Assembly (NCBI GenBank): GCA_000993565.1
Contig: LBWK01000001.1
Location: 84,869 to 148,868, forward strand
DNA: 64,000 nt
Origin: a candidate division WS6 bacterium GW2011_GWF2_39_15
GTDB taxonomy: Bacteria; Patescibacteriota; Dojkabacteria; SC72
Reading direction: 5' to 3'
Position numbers and translations under genes: made by a program. Positions 9,423-19,073 of this stretch are shown here, piece after piece (the first letter of the stretch is position 1; each line of letters opens with the position of its first letter). The notes under the pieces were generated by a model, which saw nothing but the letters and a program-made list of their open reading frames with translations, had not been told where the DNA came from and searched no databases.

Positions 9423-10284
9423 CAGGATTTAATGCTTTCATTCCCATAGCGATTCCCATACCTGTTGCAGCAGCATCTGCAGCCGATGAACCGGCTGAAC
9501 TGCCTTGCTCAAGTCCTTTTGCCATGCCGAGCTTTACTGCGGCATCTGCAGCGGCACCATTTTGAGCGTATGCAAAATCTCTGGTCATCTGTTTAAGCGT
9601 GGCTTCATCTTCTTCCTTTATTGATACGGTTACATTTCCCAGCTTGTTTATAGCGACACCATATTCCAAAAGATCCGGAGAAACTTTATCTAAAGCCATT
9701 TTTTCAAATGCGGAGGCCTGTGATGCAATACCTAAAATATCCTGTTTATCAACTGAAACGTATTTTGAGACCATCTCACGGAAATGCTTAAGGAGAAGGT
9801 CTTTAAGCCAGTCAGTAATTTGTTCATTACTCTGAAGACTCTGTGTCCCAACAAGTGTAAGAATTAGTTTTTGGGGATCGGAAACTGTCATAGCATATTC
9901 TCCAAAAACCCTAATACCGACAGCCAGATTAGTTCTTGGATCAACAACATTATCGATCATCCCTCCAAATGGTAGATCAGTAAACTGCCTTGTTGAAACG
10001 AAATACAATTCGGAAATGAGGAAGTTGCCACCAGTCGCCGAATCAATCAGTCCACTTAAAAAGGGGATACTTGCTCCATCGAGTGTATGTGTACCAGGCT
10101 GCAGTGTCCCTACAACTTGTCCCTTTTTAAAGAAAACAGCTAATTCATCCTGTTGAACAGTTAGTTGCGTCATCATTCGGATATTCGTATCAGGCCATTT
10201 ATAGATGATTTTATCTTTAGAATCATCAGGCCTTGCTACAAACTCTCTTTTAACTTCCTTCTTGAAAAAATCAAATATTCCCAT
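9376..10284 (-). CDS. SPFH/Band-7 domain protein (YdjI-like)
   Basis: IIYKWP...QLTVQQDELAVFFKKGQVVGTLQPGTHTL...ELYFVS; Ala/Gly/Met-rich tail typical of this SPFH subfamily. Confidence 0.85.
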   Translation of the reverse strand: MGIFDFFKKEVKREFVARPDDSKDKIIYKWPDTNIRMMTQLTVQQDELAVFFKKGQVVGTLQPGTHTLDGASIPFLSGLIDSATGGNFLISELYFVSTRQFTDLPFGGMIDNVVDPRTNLAVGIRVFGEYAMTVSDPQKLILTLVGTQSLQSNEQITDWLKDLLLKHFREMVSKYVSVDKQDILGIASQASAFEKMALDKVSPDLLEYGVAINKLGNVTVSIKEEDEATLKQMTRDFAYAQNGAAADAAVKLGMAKGLEQGSSAGSSAADAAATGMGIAMGMKALNPDEKDKKNDPVQQEQK

Positions 10285-10288
10285 GTTT

Positions 10289-10681
10289 TTATTTACTAAT
10301 TTTAGCTGTACTCTTAACCTCCGGACTCATGGCTAATTGAACTTTCTTCCAATCCCTTCTTAACTGAGCTCCCAAGCGCTTTGCTGCATCTAAGGTTAAT
10401 GATTTATCATTTTTGAACTCATCAATGACTTCACCAATGATGGAGAAATATTTCTGCTCATCAATCTTTTTACCCGCAGCTTTAAGAGCTTCGACTTTTT
10501 GAGTTACTAGGTCCCTGGCATCTTCAAAATAGTCGTAGGTTTGATCTTTTACCTTTTTTGCTAACTTTAGAAGGTCTTCCCTGGTCTCTTTTCCTGCCTT
10601 AGGAGCGAGAAGAACACCGGCTACTGTGCCGACTACGGCGCCGAATATGAGACCTTTAATAAATGAACCTGCTTTGTCCAT
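10289..10681 (-). CDS. YtxH-like protein
   Basis: FIKGLIFGAVVGTVAGVLLAPKAGKETREDL signature. Confidence 0.85.
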   Translation of the reverse strand: MDKAGSFIKGLIFGAVVGTVAGVLLAPKAGKETREDLLKLAKKVKDQTYDYFEDARDLVTQKVEALKAAGKKIDEQKYFSIIGEVIDEFKNDKSLTLDAAKRLGAQLRRDWKKVQLAMSPEVKSTAKISK

Positions 10682-10758
10682 ATTTCTTTGTCACTTAATT
10701 TATCTTCTATATTCTTACACGTCTTGTTATATAAAGTCTAGAATGATTAAATATAGCT

Positions 10759-11397
10759 ATGATACTACCATCGTTGGACTTAGAAAAAAGCCTGTGGGCC
10801 AAAGGTTATGAAAATGTCGCCGGCCTAGATGAAGTCGGTAGAGGCCCCTTAGCCGGACCTGTAGTGGCTGGGGTTGTTGTTATAAATAAAGAGGAGCAGG
10901 TTATAGAGGGGGTTAGAGATAGTAAAAAGTTAAGTGAGAAAAAGAGGGAAGAACTTAGTGAAAAAATAGTAGAAGTCTCAGCAGGCTATGGAATAGGGTT
11001 TGTAGGTAGTGAAGAGATTGATATGTTTGGGATTGCTAAAGCCGTTAATTTGGCCATGACAAGGGCTGTGGAAGAAATGGTAACATATTTCAATATAAAT
11101 CCAGGCTTTCTTATAATAGATGGTAAGGCAGTATGGGATATCTCACCATATCCTTGTCTTAAAATGGATAAGGGAGATCTTCATCACTACTCAATCGCTG
11201 CTGCCTCTATAATTGCCAAGGTTGCAAGGGATAACCTGATGAAGGAGTACGCTGCTAAGTATCCTAATTATGGTTTTGACTCTAATGTAGGGTATGGTAC
11301 TAAAAAACATCTTGAGGCTATTCAAAATTACGGCATATGTGATATACATAGGAAAAGTTTTCACCCTATTTCAAATTTTGTTGTAAATACTGAGTAA
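10759..11397 (+). CDS. rnhB: Ribonuclease HII
   Basis: GLDEVGRGPLAGPVVA, DSKKL, SIAAASIIAKVARD, GYGTKKH. Confidence 0.97.
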   Translation: MILPSLDLEKSLWAKGYENVAGLDEVGRGPLAGPVVAGVVVINKEEQVIEGVRDSKKLSEKKREELSEKIVEVSAGYGIGFVGSEEIDMFGIAKAVNLAMTRAVEEMVTYFNINPGFLIIDGKAVWDISPYPCLKMDKGDLHHYSIAAASIIAKVARDNLMKEYAAKYPNYGFDSNVGYGTKKHLEAIQNYGICDIHRKSFHPISNFVVNTE

Positions 11398-11424
11398 GAG
11401 GTTGTATAATGCTTAAGTTTGTGA

Positions 11425-11500
11425 GGGCCGTTAGCTCAGTTGGTAGAGCATCTGGCTTTTAACCAGTTGGTCCCGGGTTCGAGTCCCGGACGGCTCACCA
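11425..11500 (+). tRNA. tRNA-Lys (anticodon TTT)
   Basis: GGGCCGTTAGCTCAGTTGGTAGAGCATCTGG-CTTTTAA-CCAGTTGGTCCCGGGTTCGAGTCCCGGACGGCTCACCA; TATAAT at 11405-11410 upstream. Confidence 0.96.
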
Positions 11501-11513
11501 TCCTTGCAAATAA

Positions 11514-11897
11514 TCAGAACATTTCTTTCCAGTTAATTGTTGAAAAATACTGTGGAATAACTCTTTCTCTAACCTTTTCTATAAACCCGGTTGCATCAGG
11601 CCAGGTTAGTCTCTCAGGTTCTACGAGAGTCGCCTTGGTAGTATTAAGAGCAATTAATCTTATTTCACCCTTCGCATTAGTTACAGTTCCGGCAAGCCAG
11701 ACAGAATGAGTTCCTAGTATATTGATTGACACTGGATCTTGAAGATAGCCTTGCACAAGATTTCTACCATCTGACAATAATCTCACTTCATCACCAATCA
11801 CTAGATCTTTAGCTTCCATAGTATATTTAGGATCTAAACCATTCACAAGGAAATGGAGGAGGCCTTTACGGGGCACAATATATTTACTATCAGGCAT
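11514..11897 (-). CDS. Hypothetical protein (ATG 11897 preferred over GTG 11966)
   Basis: Open frame filling the gap after tRNA-Lys; no recognised motif. Confidence 0.55.
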   Translation of the reverse strand: MPDSKYIVPRKGLLHFLVNGLDPKYTMEAKDLVIGDEVRLLSDGRNLVQGYLQDPVSINILGTHSVWLAGTVTNAKGEIRLIALNTTKATLVEPERLTWPDATGFIEKVRERVIPQYFSTINWKEMF

Positions 11898-11959
11898 ATT
11901 TAGAATTGAAACAACTAAAGCAAAATAAGCTATATAGGATATTAATCGACTTTGCAAAA

Positions 11960-12055
11960 CCTGCACGAGAATGGGGCTAGAATCAAATCCCGATGGCTCT
12001 ACTCTGCATAGAGTTTAGAACCCTGGGGTCAGGCTCTAAAGCCCGATCTAACAAT
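11960..12055 (-). ncRNA. Candidate structured RNA or leader of unknown class
   Basis: GC-richer intergenic island with several complementary segments; G-U pairs favour the minus strand; no known family recognised. Confidence 0.3.
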
Positions 12056-12091
12056 GTATTTGCTTACTAATAATTTCTCATCGTTTGTGGT

Positions 12092-13111
12092 ATGATCCAT
12101 AGATTCATGAAAAAGCCAGAGCTCAACTACAAGAAATTTCTAAAGATATCACTCCAAATATTTATCTACGTTTTGGTCATATACTACATTTACGAAAGAG
12201 CTTCTGTGGGAAGAGATCTTGTTAAGTCAATTGAAAATATTGACAAAATATATTTCATATCAGCGATACTTGTTTACTTGATTCAAACACTGTTCAACTC
12301 CTTTTTGTGGTTTATAATAATGGTAAAATCGGGAGAGAAAGTAAGCTTAGTGTCACAAGTAGATGTTTACTTGAAATCCTACTTACTTAGATATATTCCG
12401 GGTAATGTTGTAGGTATATTTGCAAGAGGTGAATTTAACAAGGTTTATGGTGTATCAAGACTCAAAAGCTTGTGGGGATGGTTCCTCGAAAATATTACTT
12501 TCTTAGCCGTAGGTATTGGTTTTGGCTCATACTTCATTGTAAAGAACCTTACATCTGTACTTAATTTCACGACAAGTGTTGTTTCTCGCCAGAACATAGT
12601 AATTGCTATATCGGGTGCGGTCGTTATACTAATCTTGTTTGCAGTCTACCTCTCCATGTATAAGACGAATGAGCTGTGGAAGTTTTTCGACAGTTACATT
12701 CTAAAGAAGGTGCTCAAGAAAAATCTCGGTAAAAGCATTACTATTAAATTTGACAACCAATCGAGGATACTCATAGTTTTAGGGTACATAGTCTCATGGG
12801 CAATGTACTCAATCTCATTTATTCTTATGGTTGCAGCAGTTGATCCAGCGGCCTTAGAATATCCAATAGCATTAGCCTCCGTAAACGCCTTAGCATGGTC
12901 ACTAGGCTACCTGTTTATAATCACTCCAAGCGGTTCAGGAGTTAGAGAGGGAGCCTTTCTTTCACTTCTACCTCTAATTGCAGGAATTAGTCCAGTTGGT
13001 TCCGCAATCATAACGATAGGCATGAGATTAGTCAATGTAATCGGGGAAGTTGGTGCTTTCGCCTTATTTAAGGCGTATACTGTACTTAATAAAATGTACA
13101 AAAGATTGTAG
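12092..13111 (+). CDS. Lysylphosphatidylglycerol synthase TM-domain / flippase-like membrane protein (UPF0104); start may be ATG 12107
   Basis: Multi-TM; RYIPGNV and ITPSGSGVREG motifs; directly upstream of a GT2 gene. Confidence 0.8.
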   Translation: MIHRFMKKPELNYKKFLKISLQIFIYVLVIYYIYERASVGRDLVKSIENIDKIYFISAILVYLIQTLFNSFLWFIIMVKSGEKVSLVSQVDVYLKSYLLRYIPGNVVGIFARGEFNKVYGVSRLKSLWGWFLENITFLAVGIGFGSYFIVKNLTSVLNFTTSVVSRQNIVIAISGAVVILILFAVYLSMYKTNELWKFFDSYILKKVLKKNLGKSITIKFDNQSRILIVLGYIVSWAMYSISFILMVAAVDPAALEYPIALASVNALAWSLGYLFIITPSGSGVREGAFLSLLPLIAGISPVGSAIITIGMRLVNVIGEVGAFALFKAYTVLNKMYKRL

Positions 13112-14035
13112 ATGAAGAAAGTATCCGTCATAGTCCCCATATACAATGAGGGTGAAGCAGTCCGATCTTTTCTAAATGACTTGATTAAAGAAGTAGGCAA
13201 ACTTAAATATCAATCTGAAATACTGGTTTTTGATAGCCCTACCTCCAAAAATTCCGAAAAGGTACTTCGAGAATTTGCAAAAAAGTATCCCAATGTGAAA
13301 GGATATGAGGTACGACATCCTGGTGTTACTGTTACAGACAAAACAAATAAATATATGCTGGGCATACAGCTTGCACAAGGCGATTACATAATAACGTCTG
13401 ATGGAGACGGGCAGGACAGGCCTGAGGAGTTCCATAAGTTCTTCCAAGCACTGGAAGAGGGATATGATTTCGCAATCGGGCGTAAAAAGAAGAGAAGAGA
13501 TGGCCTAGCGTACATGATAACATCACGCATTGCCAACTTCATTGTCAGATCCATTACCGGAGTAAAAGTTCATGATATGAATAACGGGATAAAAGCTTTT
13601 AGAAAGGATATAGCGAGAGAATTGAATTTGAAGGCAGGTCATTTTAGATTTATTCCTGTAATCGCAGCCGCAAAAAAGTGGAAGATAACGGAAATAGATG
13701 TTGAGCATAGGGAACGTTTAGGAAAAGGTAGGTTTTCATTTATGAGCAGGCTCCAGGGAGGGTTATTTGACATGCTTATAGTTTACTTCATTACAAAAAT
13801 GGGAGATACACCTATGTACCTGCTTGGCTGGTTCTCCCTAATTATGAAGCTTTTTGCATTTGTATTCCTCCTTCTTGGCCTTTTTGGCAAGGGGGAGGTC
13901 TTCTATATACTGTCACTAATGATATTTCTTTTCTCTATAAATACCTTTCTGTCAGCACTCCTAATGGAATATCAAAGAACTTCCTATGAGAGAAAAGATT
14001 ATTCTTCACTCATTGTTGAGAAGATCGGCAGCTAA
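13112..14035 (+). CDS. GT2 polyprenol-phosphate glycosyltransferase (ArnC/Dpm1-like)
   Basis: VSVIVPIYNE, ITSDGDGQDRP, HDMNNGIKAFR; two C-terminal TM helices. Confidence 0.88.
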   Translation: MKKVSVIVPIYNEGEAVRSFLNDLIKEVGKLKYQSEILVFDSPTSKNSEKVLREFAKKYPNVKGYEVRHPGVTVTDKTNKYMLGIQLAQGDYIITSDGDGQDRPEEFHKFFQALEEGYDFAIGRKKKRRDGLAYMITSRIANFIVRSITGVKVHDMNNGIKAFRKDIARELNLKAGHFRFIPVIAAAKKWKITEIDVEHRERLGKGRFSFMSRLQGGLFDMLIVYFITKMGDTPMYLLGWFSLIMKLFAFVFLLLGLFGKGEVFYILSLMIFLFSINTFLSALLMEYQRTSYERKDYSSLIVEKIGS

Positions 14036-15720
14036 AAAACACATAAGCTTTTCTTATCCTCGACCCTAAATATAAAGTAGTGATTTTTTAGAATAGATTC
14101 GGGTTTTACATCTCCCTTGAAGTATTTGTAACGTAAGCATCTTTGCCATGTTGATAAACTTTTTGAATTTGAAGAGATATCTTCTTTCGGATATACAATG
14201 TAACTCTCTACACCCAACTCGGCCTGTTTGTTTTCTTGGTAAAACCTTTCTTGCTGCCAATCTAAATTACTTCCGTGCAGATATAGATAACCGTTTTTAG
14301 TTCCACCGGTTATTTCGTTGAAATATTCTAAATAGTTTGTGAAAGCTCTTATTACAACCAACAGATGAGCAGTAAGAAGGATAGTTAAAAGCAGTATGAA
14401 GAGCCTGGATTTATATTTTTCGATGAGGATTGAAACCACATAAGCAATTAGTAAACAGAGGAAGGGGTAGATCGGTAATAGATGACGCACGCCTATATTT
14501 ATAGAGCTGGCTAAAGAGAGGAAGGTAAGGACAGTTGGAATTGCTAATAACGGTAGATAATACCCCTTATTTTTCATAAAAAGTTTAAAATTTTTATATA
14601 GGAGAACAAGAGCATAAGTGACTGAGAAAAGTGATAGCAAAATGAAAGGCAGCGTCTCTTTTATGAGAAATGAAACAGGAAAATATAGAGGGTTTCCTCC
14701 ATTAAATGAGTGACCTAACAGATATGTCTTATGTCCGTGAAAGTTGTGCTTAATTACATTATCATAGAACCCCTTTAAATATTCAGGGAAAGGAAACTTT
14801 ACCTTCCTATATATAGTATCGAGAAAAGGCAGATTATCAAATGGCAGTATTCTATCAATAGTGTAAATATGATCATAGGTAGAATATACCTTTCCTGTGT
14901 TTCCATAATCGGCCTCGTAAATAGTTGTGAATTTAAAACCATATGCCGCTGTAAGAAGGAATAGCCATACTGCGATGATACCAATACAATTTATAAGGAC
15001 TCTTTTAGAATTGAGCTTAAAATGATGGGATAAAACCCAACCGTAGATCAAAACCCAAAAGGGAATTAGAAGTGTTGCTGTATATTTTGAAAGCAATGCT
15101 ATCAAAGCAGTAAATGTAAATAGCCAAGGGAAATGCCTCTCATCCTTTTTTGTTTTCCGCAGATCATAATAAAGTGAGAGTGTCGCAATAAATATTGTAA
15201 ACATTGCAGGTACATCTGTTGTTACAAGTGAGGAATGTGCAAGTACAGTAGGGGAAAGGCTCAGCAAAAAGATTGAGAGAAAAGCATATTTAAAACTAAA
15301 TAGCTTTAAAACAAGCTGATACGAAATAAATAACAATAGAGCAGAAAGTGCCGCAGATACCTGACGTGCCTGTACAAGGAAATTTAAGGAGTACGCTTCT
15401 CTACCTCCGTTTATCCATACAAGATTCATAGCGATATCATCTTTCTTAGCGTATTTCCAGTTGTCACTATTTAGATCCTCTCCCTTAAAATCAATATCAT
15501 AGGCAATTGGTATTGATTCAAGTACGTTGAAGAGAATAGGGTGATGTTGATTGATTCTATAATCGCCTGTCCTAATAAGCATAACACCGCGGGCAATATG
15601 ACTCGGTTCATCAGTAGTAAAGGAAAGATCCTTTGAAGAATTAAAGCTCAAAAAATAAAGCAGAAAAGATAATGCTGACGGTATAATAAGAGATATTATT
15701 AATTTCTTCAAAATAGTCAT
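14032..15720 (-). CDS. GT-C fold (ArnT/PMT, GT39/83-like) membrane glycosyltransferase; start likely 15720 via ATGA overlap with helD (track start 15759)
   Basis: TTDEPSH...HHP first loop, LAHSSLVTTD, LSKYTA, NIGVRHLLPIYP, SNLDWQQ; many TM helices. Confidence 0.82.
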   Translation of the reverse strand: MTILKKLIISLIIPSALSFLLYFLSFNSSKDLSFTTDEPSHIARGVMLIRTGDYRINQHHPILFNVLESIPIAYDIDFKGEDLNSDNWKYAKKDDIAMNLVWINGGREAYSLNFLVQARQVSAALSALLLFISYQLVLKLFSFKYAFLSIFLLSLSPTVLAHSSLVTTDVPAMFTIFIATLSLYYDLRKTKKDERHFPWLFTFTALIALLSKYTATLLIPFWVLIYGWVLSHHFKLNSKRVLINCIGIIAVWLFLLTAAYGFKFTTIYEADYGNTGKVYSTYDHIYTIDRILPFDNLPFLDTIYRKVKFPFPEYLKGFYDNVIKHNFHGHKTYLLGHSFNGGNPLYFPVSFLIKETLPFILLSLFSVTYALVLLYKNFKLFMKNKGYYLPLLAIPTVLTFLSLASSINIGVRHLLPIYPFLCLLIAYVVSILIEKYKSRLFILLLTILLTAHLLVVIRAFTNYLEYFNEITGGTKNGYLYLHGSNLDWQQERFYQENKQAELGVESYIVYPKEDISSNSKSLSTWQRCLRYKYFKGDVKPESILKNHYFIFRVEDKKSLCVF

Positions 15721-17936
15721 ACTTGTAGTATATCTGAAGGGTGATTTTTGGTAAAACATATCGTCAAATGGTGAAGAGCCCTTGTACCTGCCACGTAGAA
15801 CTTCCTTGCTGATTCAAAGGTACTTGGATAGTTATCACTATTCACATCAATCAGAAAAACACTATCAAACTCCAAACCTTTAGCATTTAAAACCGGTGTA
15901 ATAATCACTCCTGCACTGTAGTTTTCCACTCCAATTGGTATTAAATACTGTGAAAGACCACCCTCTTTTTCTAGGTGCTCATATAAACTCTGTGCGGAAA
16001 CCGCATCTTTTGTTATGACGGCAATTGTGTTTCTGCTTTTATCTAATTCTTCCTTTATTTTTTCCGCTAACCTCTTTATATCACCTGATTTTCCTTCGAC
16101 AAGCGGGGAATCAGATTGAAGCACATCTACAGGTTCACCGTGGCGAAGAACGGCCTCAGGCCTTAAGTAACTTTTAGGAAACACCCTATCTATTCGTGTG
16201 GTAACATAATTAATAATTTCGATAGTAGTTCGATAACATTTGTTAAGTTGGTGATATTCATACGAAAGTTCACCATGATTAAGCTTTTTAGTAGTCTCTA
16301 TTAACTCTATCCAGTCATCGATGCAATTAGGTTCTCTAATTGCCTGTGCTAAGTCTCCAGCTAGCATTAAATTTGATTTCTTTGTTGTCAAATACATTGA
16401 GTATATCTGGGAGTAACTGAGGTCTTGGGCCTCATCTGCAATTATATAATCCCTAAGGACATCTGCAGAGCCGTTTAAAAGTAAGTGAAGAATTAGTAAG
16501 GCAGGTAGATCGTCGGCCTCATATGTATAGTAACTCCTAAGCTTTCTGACAATCTTATCTGTCCTCTGCTTTACTGCTGATGGTATAGACATTTTTGAAA
16601 CGATTTTTTTGTAGATCATCATTATATCCAAGCCTTGCTTTAGATAATCCTCAATTTTTTCTGTAATAACATCCCCATACAATTCATTTCGTCTAAGAAA
16701 TGACGCAGTTGTACTACCTTTATACATGAGCTGATTTTTTTCCTTCTGAACAGATAGCTTGAGAGCCTCAACTGGCGTGATATCAGCCGATTTTGCACGA
16801 ATCTCGTAATAGTTTCTATATATTTTCTCACTGTTTGAAAAAGGCAAACCCTCAAGTAATTCATCAATATACTCTGTAAATCCTTCCACAAGCTGTATAA
16901 GGAATTCTTTTGAACCTTTAATCATTTGCGACTCAGGATCGGGTTTGATATTCGCAAGAATATGCTTATTCGACCAATTTAAGACTTTTTTAGCCCAGAA
17001 AAGGTATGTGTTGGTTTCAACTCCATCGATTCCAAGAGAAGGCAATACATCTGAAATATAATCCAAAAATAGTTTGTTTGGTGCAATAATCAAAGTCTTT
17101 TCAGCCTTTATCTGTTTATTATATGTGAAGAAAAGATATGCAAGCCGGTGCAGCACAATTGTCGTTTTACCGCTTCCCGCAACACCTTGTAGAACACTAA
17201 GTTTATCTATTTTATCTCTTATAATTCTATTCTGCTCATTTTGTATTGTTGACACTATATCAGTTAGTTTTTGACCGATCTTTTGATTTAACTGTGAGAG
17301 GAGAAACTCATCAGCTGCCGTATTACCTGTCTTCGCATCATAGATGCTTTTAATTCTGGCTTTTGAGATCTCGAACATCCGCTTCTGCTCAATACTTCCC
17401 ATTTGCTGACCAAGCGGGCTGGTAAACTCAACACCTTCGGTCGGGCCTGAGTTGGTATAGTAAAGATTGGCAATTGGTGCCCTCCAGTCTGTGATTAAAG
17501 AAGAATTGGTCTCACGATCAAAGTAGGCAAACTTTCCTATGTAGGAAGTGATTGAACCTTTAGGAAACTTTTCACTTCTCACTCTGTTAAAGACAACTTT
17601 GCCGAAGTAGGGGATATCTAAAATTTGAAGCTCTCGGTTAATCCGCTTCACATGCTCATTTATCATTTTCATGAGCTGATTATAAATTTTCACAGCCTCC
17701 TTTTTGTCATCTCCAGTTTCATTTTCGATTATGAGGACTTGCTTTTCAAGCTCATTCTCGAGTTCTTTGAGTCTGCTAAAAAGTGATGCAGCACGTTTAC
17801 TTACAATTGATGTCACATTTTGCAAATAGGGATACTCCTGTTTTAAAACATCTGAGGTAATATCTACATCTTTGAAATCTTTAAGCTCATCGAGCTTATC
17901 TATAAGCGGACTGAGATATTTTTTGAATGTGAGCAT
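15717..17936 (-). CDS. helD: HelD-like SF1 helicase / RNA polymerase recycling motor
   Basis: PYFGKV, DWRAPIANLYY, IVSTIQNEQNRII, GVAGSGKT, LHRLAYL, DEAQD, KGLEFD, TRALH. Confidence 0.85.
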   Translation of the reverse strand: MLTFKKYLSPLIDKLDELKDFKDVDITSDVLKQEYPYLQNVTSIVSKRAASLFSRLKELENELEKQVLIIENETGDDKKEAVKIYNQLMKMINEHVKRINRELQILDIPYFGKVVFNRVRSEKFPKGSITSYIGKFAYFDRETNSSLITDWRAPIANLYYTNSGPTEGVEFTSPLGQQMGSIEQKRMFEISKARIKSIYDAKTGNTAADEFLLSQLNQKIGQKLTDIVSTIQNEQNRIIRDKIDKLSVLQGVAGSGKTTIVLHRLAYLFFTYNKQIKAEKTLIIAPNKLFLDYISDVLPSLGIDGVETNTYLFWAKKVLNWSNKHILANIKPDPESQMIKGSKEFLIQLVEGFTEYIDELLEGLPFSNSEKIYRNYYEIRAKSADITPVEALKLSVQKEKNQLMYKGSTTASFLRRNELYGDVITEKIEDYLKQGLDIMMIYKKIVSKMSIPSAVKQRTDKIVRKLRSYYTYEADDLPALLILHLLLNGSADVLRDYIIADEAQDLSYSQIYSMYLTTKKSNLMLAGDLAQAIREPNCIDDWIELIETTKKLNHGELSYEYHQLNKCYRTTIEIINYVTTRIDRVFPKSYLRPEAVLRHGEPVDVLQSDSPLVEGKSGDIKRLAEKIKEELDKSRNTIAVITKDAVSAQSLYEHLEKEGGLSQYLIPIGVENYSAGVIITPVLNAKGLEFDSVFLIDVNSDNYPSTFESARKFYVAGTRALHHLTICFTKNHPSDILQV

Positions 17937-17988
17937 TTAGTTTGCAGTTAGATAAATGCGAAATTGATTTTACTACATAATGAAGGAA

Positions 17989-19050
17989 CTATTCAACTAT
18001 ATCAGTAATCACTCCCCCTCCAATGCATTGGTCATCTCTATATACTACAAGGCTTTGACCAACAGCTACTGCCCATTGAGGTTCAAGAAACGAGGCTAAA
18101 GCACTACTTCCGTTAAGAGATAGTGTTATTCTACTATCTTTTGATCTATACCTTACGGTAGCGGTAAAACTATCACTAAGTGTAATGTCAGAAATAATAT
18201 GGAAATGGTCTAACTTAACTGTTTTAGAATATAAAGAAGGACTATTTCTACCTTTTGTTACATATAGACGATTGTTTTCAACATCCTTCTTGCAGACAAA
18301 ATAGGGTTGGTCCAATCCACCGACCCTTAGCCCTTTTCTCTGTCCGATCGTATAAAACCAGACTCCATTATGCTGGCCTACGTCTTTGAGTGAGTCAATA
18401 TCAATAACCTCACCTAGTTTTTCCTTCAATTCTGTTTTAAGAAAGTTAGTAATATTTACCTTACCGACAAAGCAAATACCCTGGCTGTCTTTTCTTGAGT
18501 AGTTTGGAAGCTGTGACTTTCTGGCAATTTCCCGCACCTCTGGTTTAGTTAAACACGCTAGAGGAAACAGTGTTCGAGAGAGCTGTTCCTTAGTTAATTG
18601 GTGAAGGAAGTAAGTTTGATCCTTATTTGTATCCTTAGCGCGATACAAAGCTCCTCCCATTGTTCCCGCATAGTGTCCTGTGGCTATATAATCAGCCCCA
18701 TCTTCCATTGCACGATTCAGGAACTTATCAAATTTAATGAACTTATTACATAACACATCAGGATTTGGTGTATTTCCAATGCTATATTGGGAGAAAAAGT
18801 CTTTAATAACTAACTCTCTGTATTCCTTCTCAAAATTGTAAACCTTAAAGGGGATTTCTAATTTATCGGCAACTGCACGTGCACTCTTCAGATCTTCCTC
18901 CCAAGGGCACTGATCTTCAATCCCGTAATCACTTCCCGACCAGTTCTTGAGAAAAACACCAGTTACCCGATATCCCTGTTGCAATAGTAATAGTGCCGCC
19001 ACAGCACTATCTACACCACCAGATAATCCAACAAAGACATTCTTTCCCAT
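17989..19050 (-). CDS. mnmA: tRNA 2-thiouridine(34) synthase; start likely 19050 (track start 19113)
   Basis: SGGVDS, TPNPDVLCNKFIKF, ATGHYA, KDQTYFL, DSQGICF; TATAAT 6 nt before ATG 19050. Confidence 0.97.
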   Translation of the reverse strand: MGKNVFVGLSGGVDSAVAALLLLQQGYRVTGVFLKNWSGSDYGIEDQCPWEEDLKSARAVADKLEIPFKVYNFEKEYRELVIKDFFSQYSIGNTPNPDVLCNKFIKFDKFLNRAMEDGADYIATGHYAGTMGGALYRAKDTNKDQTYFLHQLTKEQLSRTLFPLACLTKPEVREIARKSQLPNYSRKDSQGICFVGKVNITNFLKTELKEKLGEVIDIDSLKDVGQHNGVWFYTIGQRKGLRVGGLDQPYFVCKKDVENNRLYVTKGRNSPSLYSKTVKLDHFHIISDITLSDSFTATVRYRSKDSRITLSLNGSSALASFLEPQWAVAVGQSLVVYRDDQCIGGGVITDIVE

Positions 19051-19073
19051 ATGATTATTATAACTGATTTGGT

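Noticed and set aside
11440-11709. 89-aa ORF MVEHLAFNQLVPGSSPG...
   Set aside because: Translation of tRNA-Lys plus the antisense of the next gene.
11973-11996. GGGGCTAGAATC... as a tmRNA 5' end
   Set aside because: Lacks GGATTCGAC, and no matching T-arm/CCA 3' end or tag frame follows.
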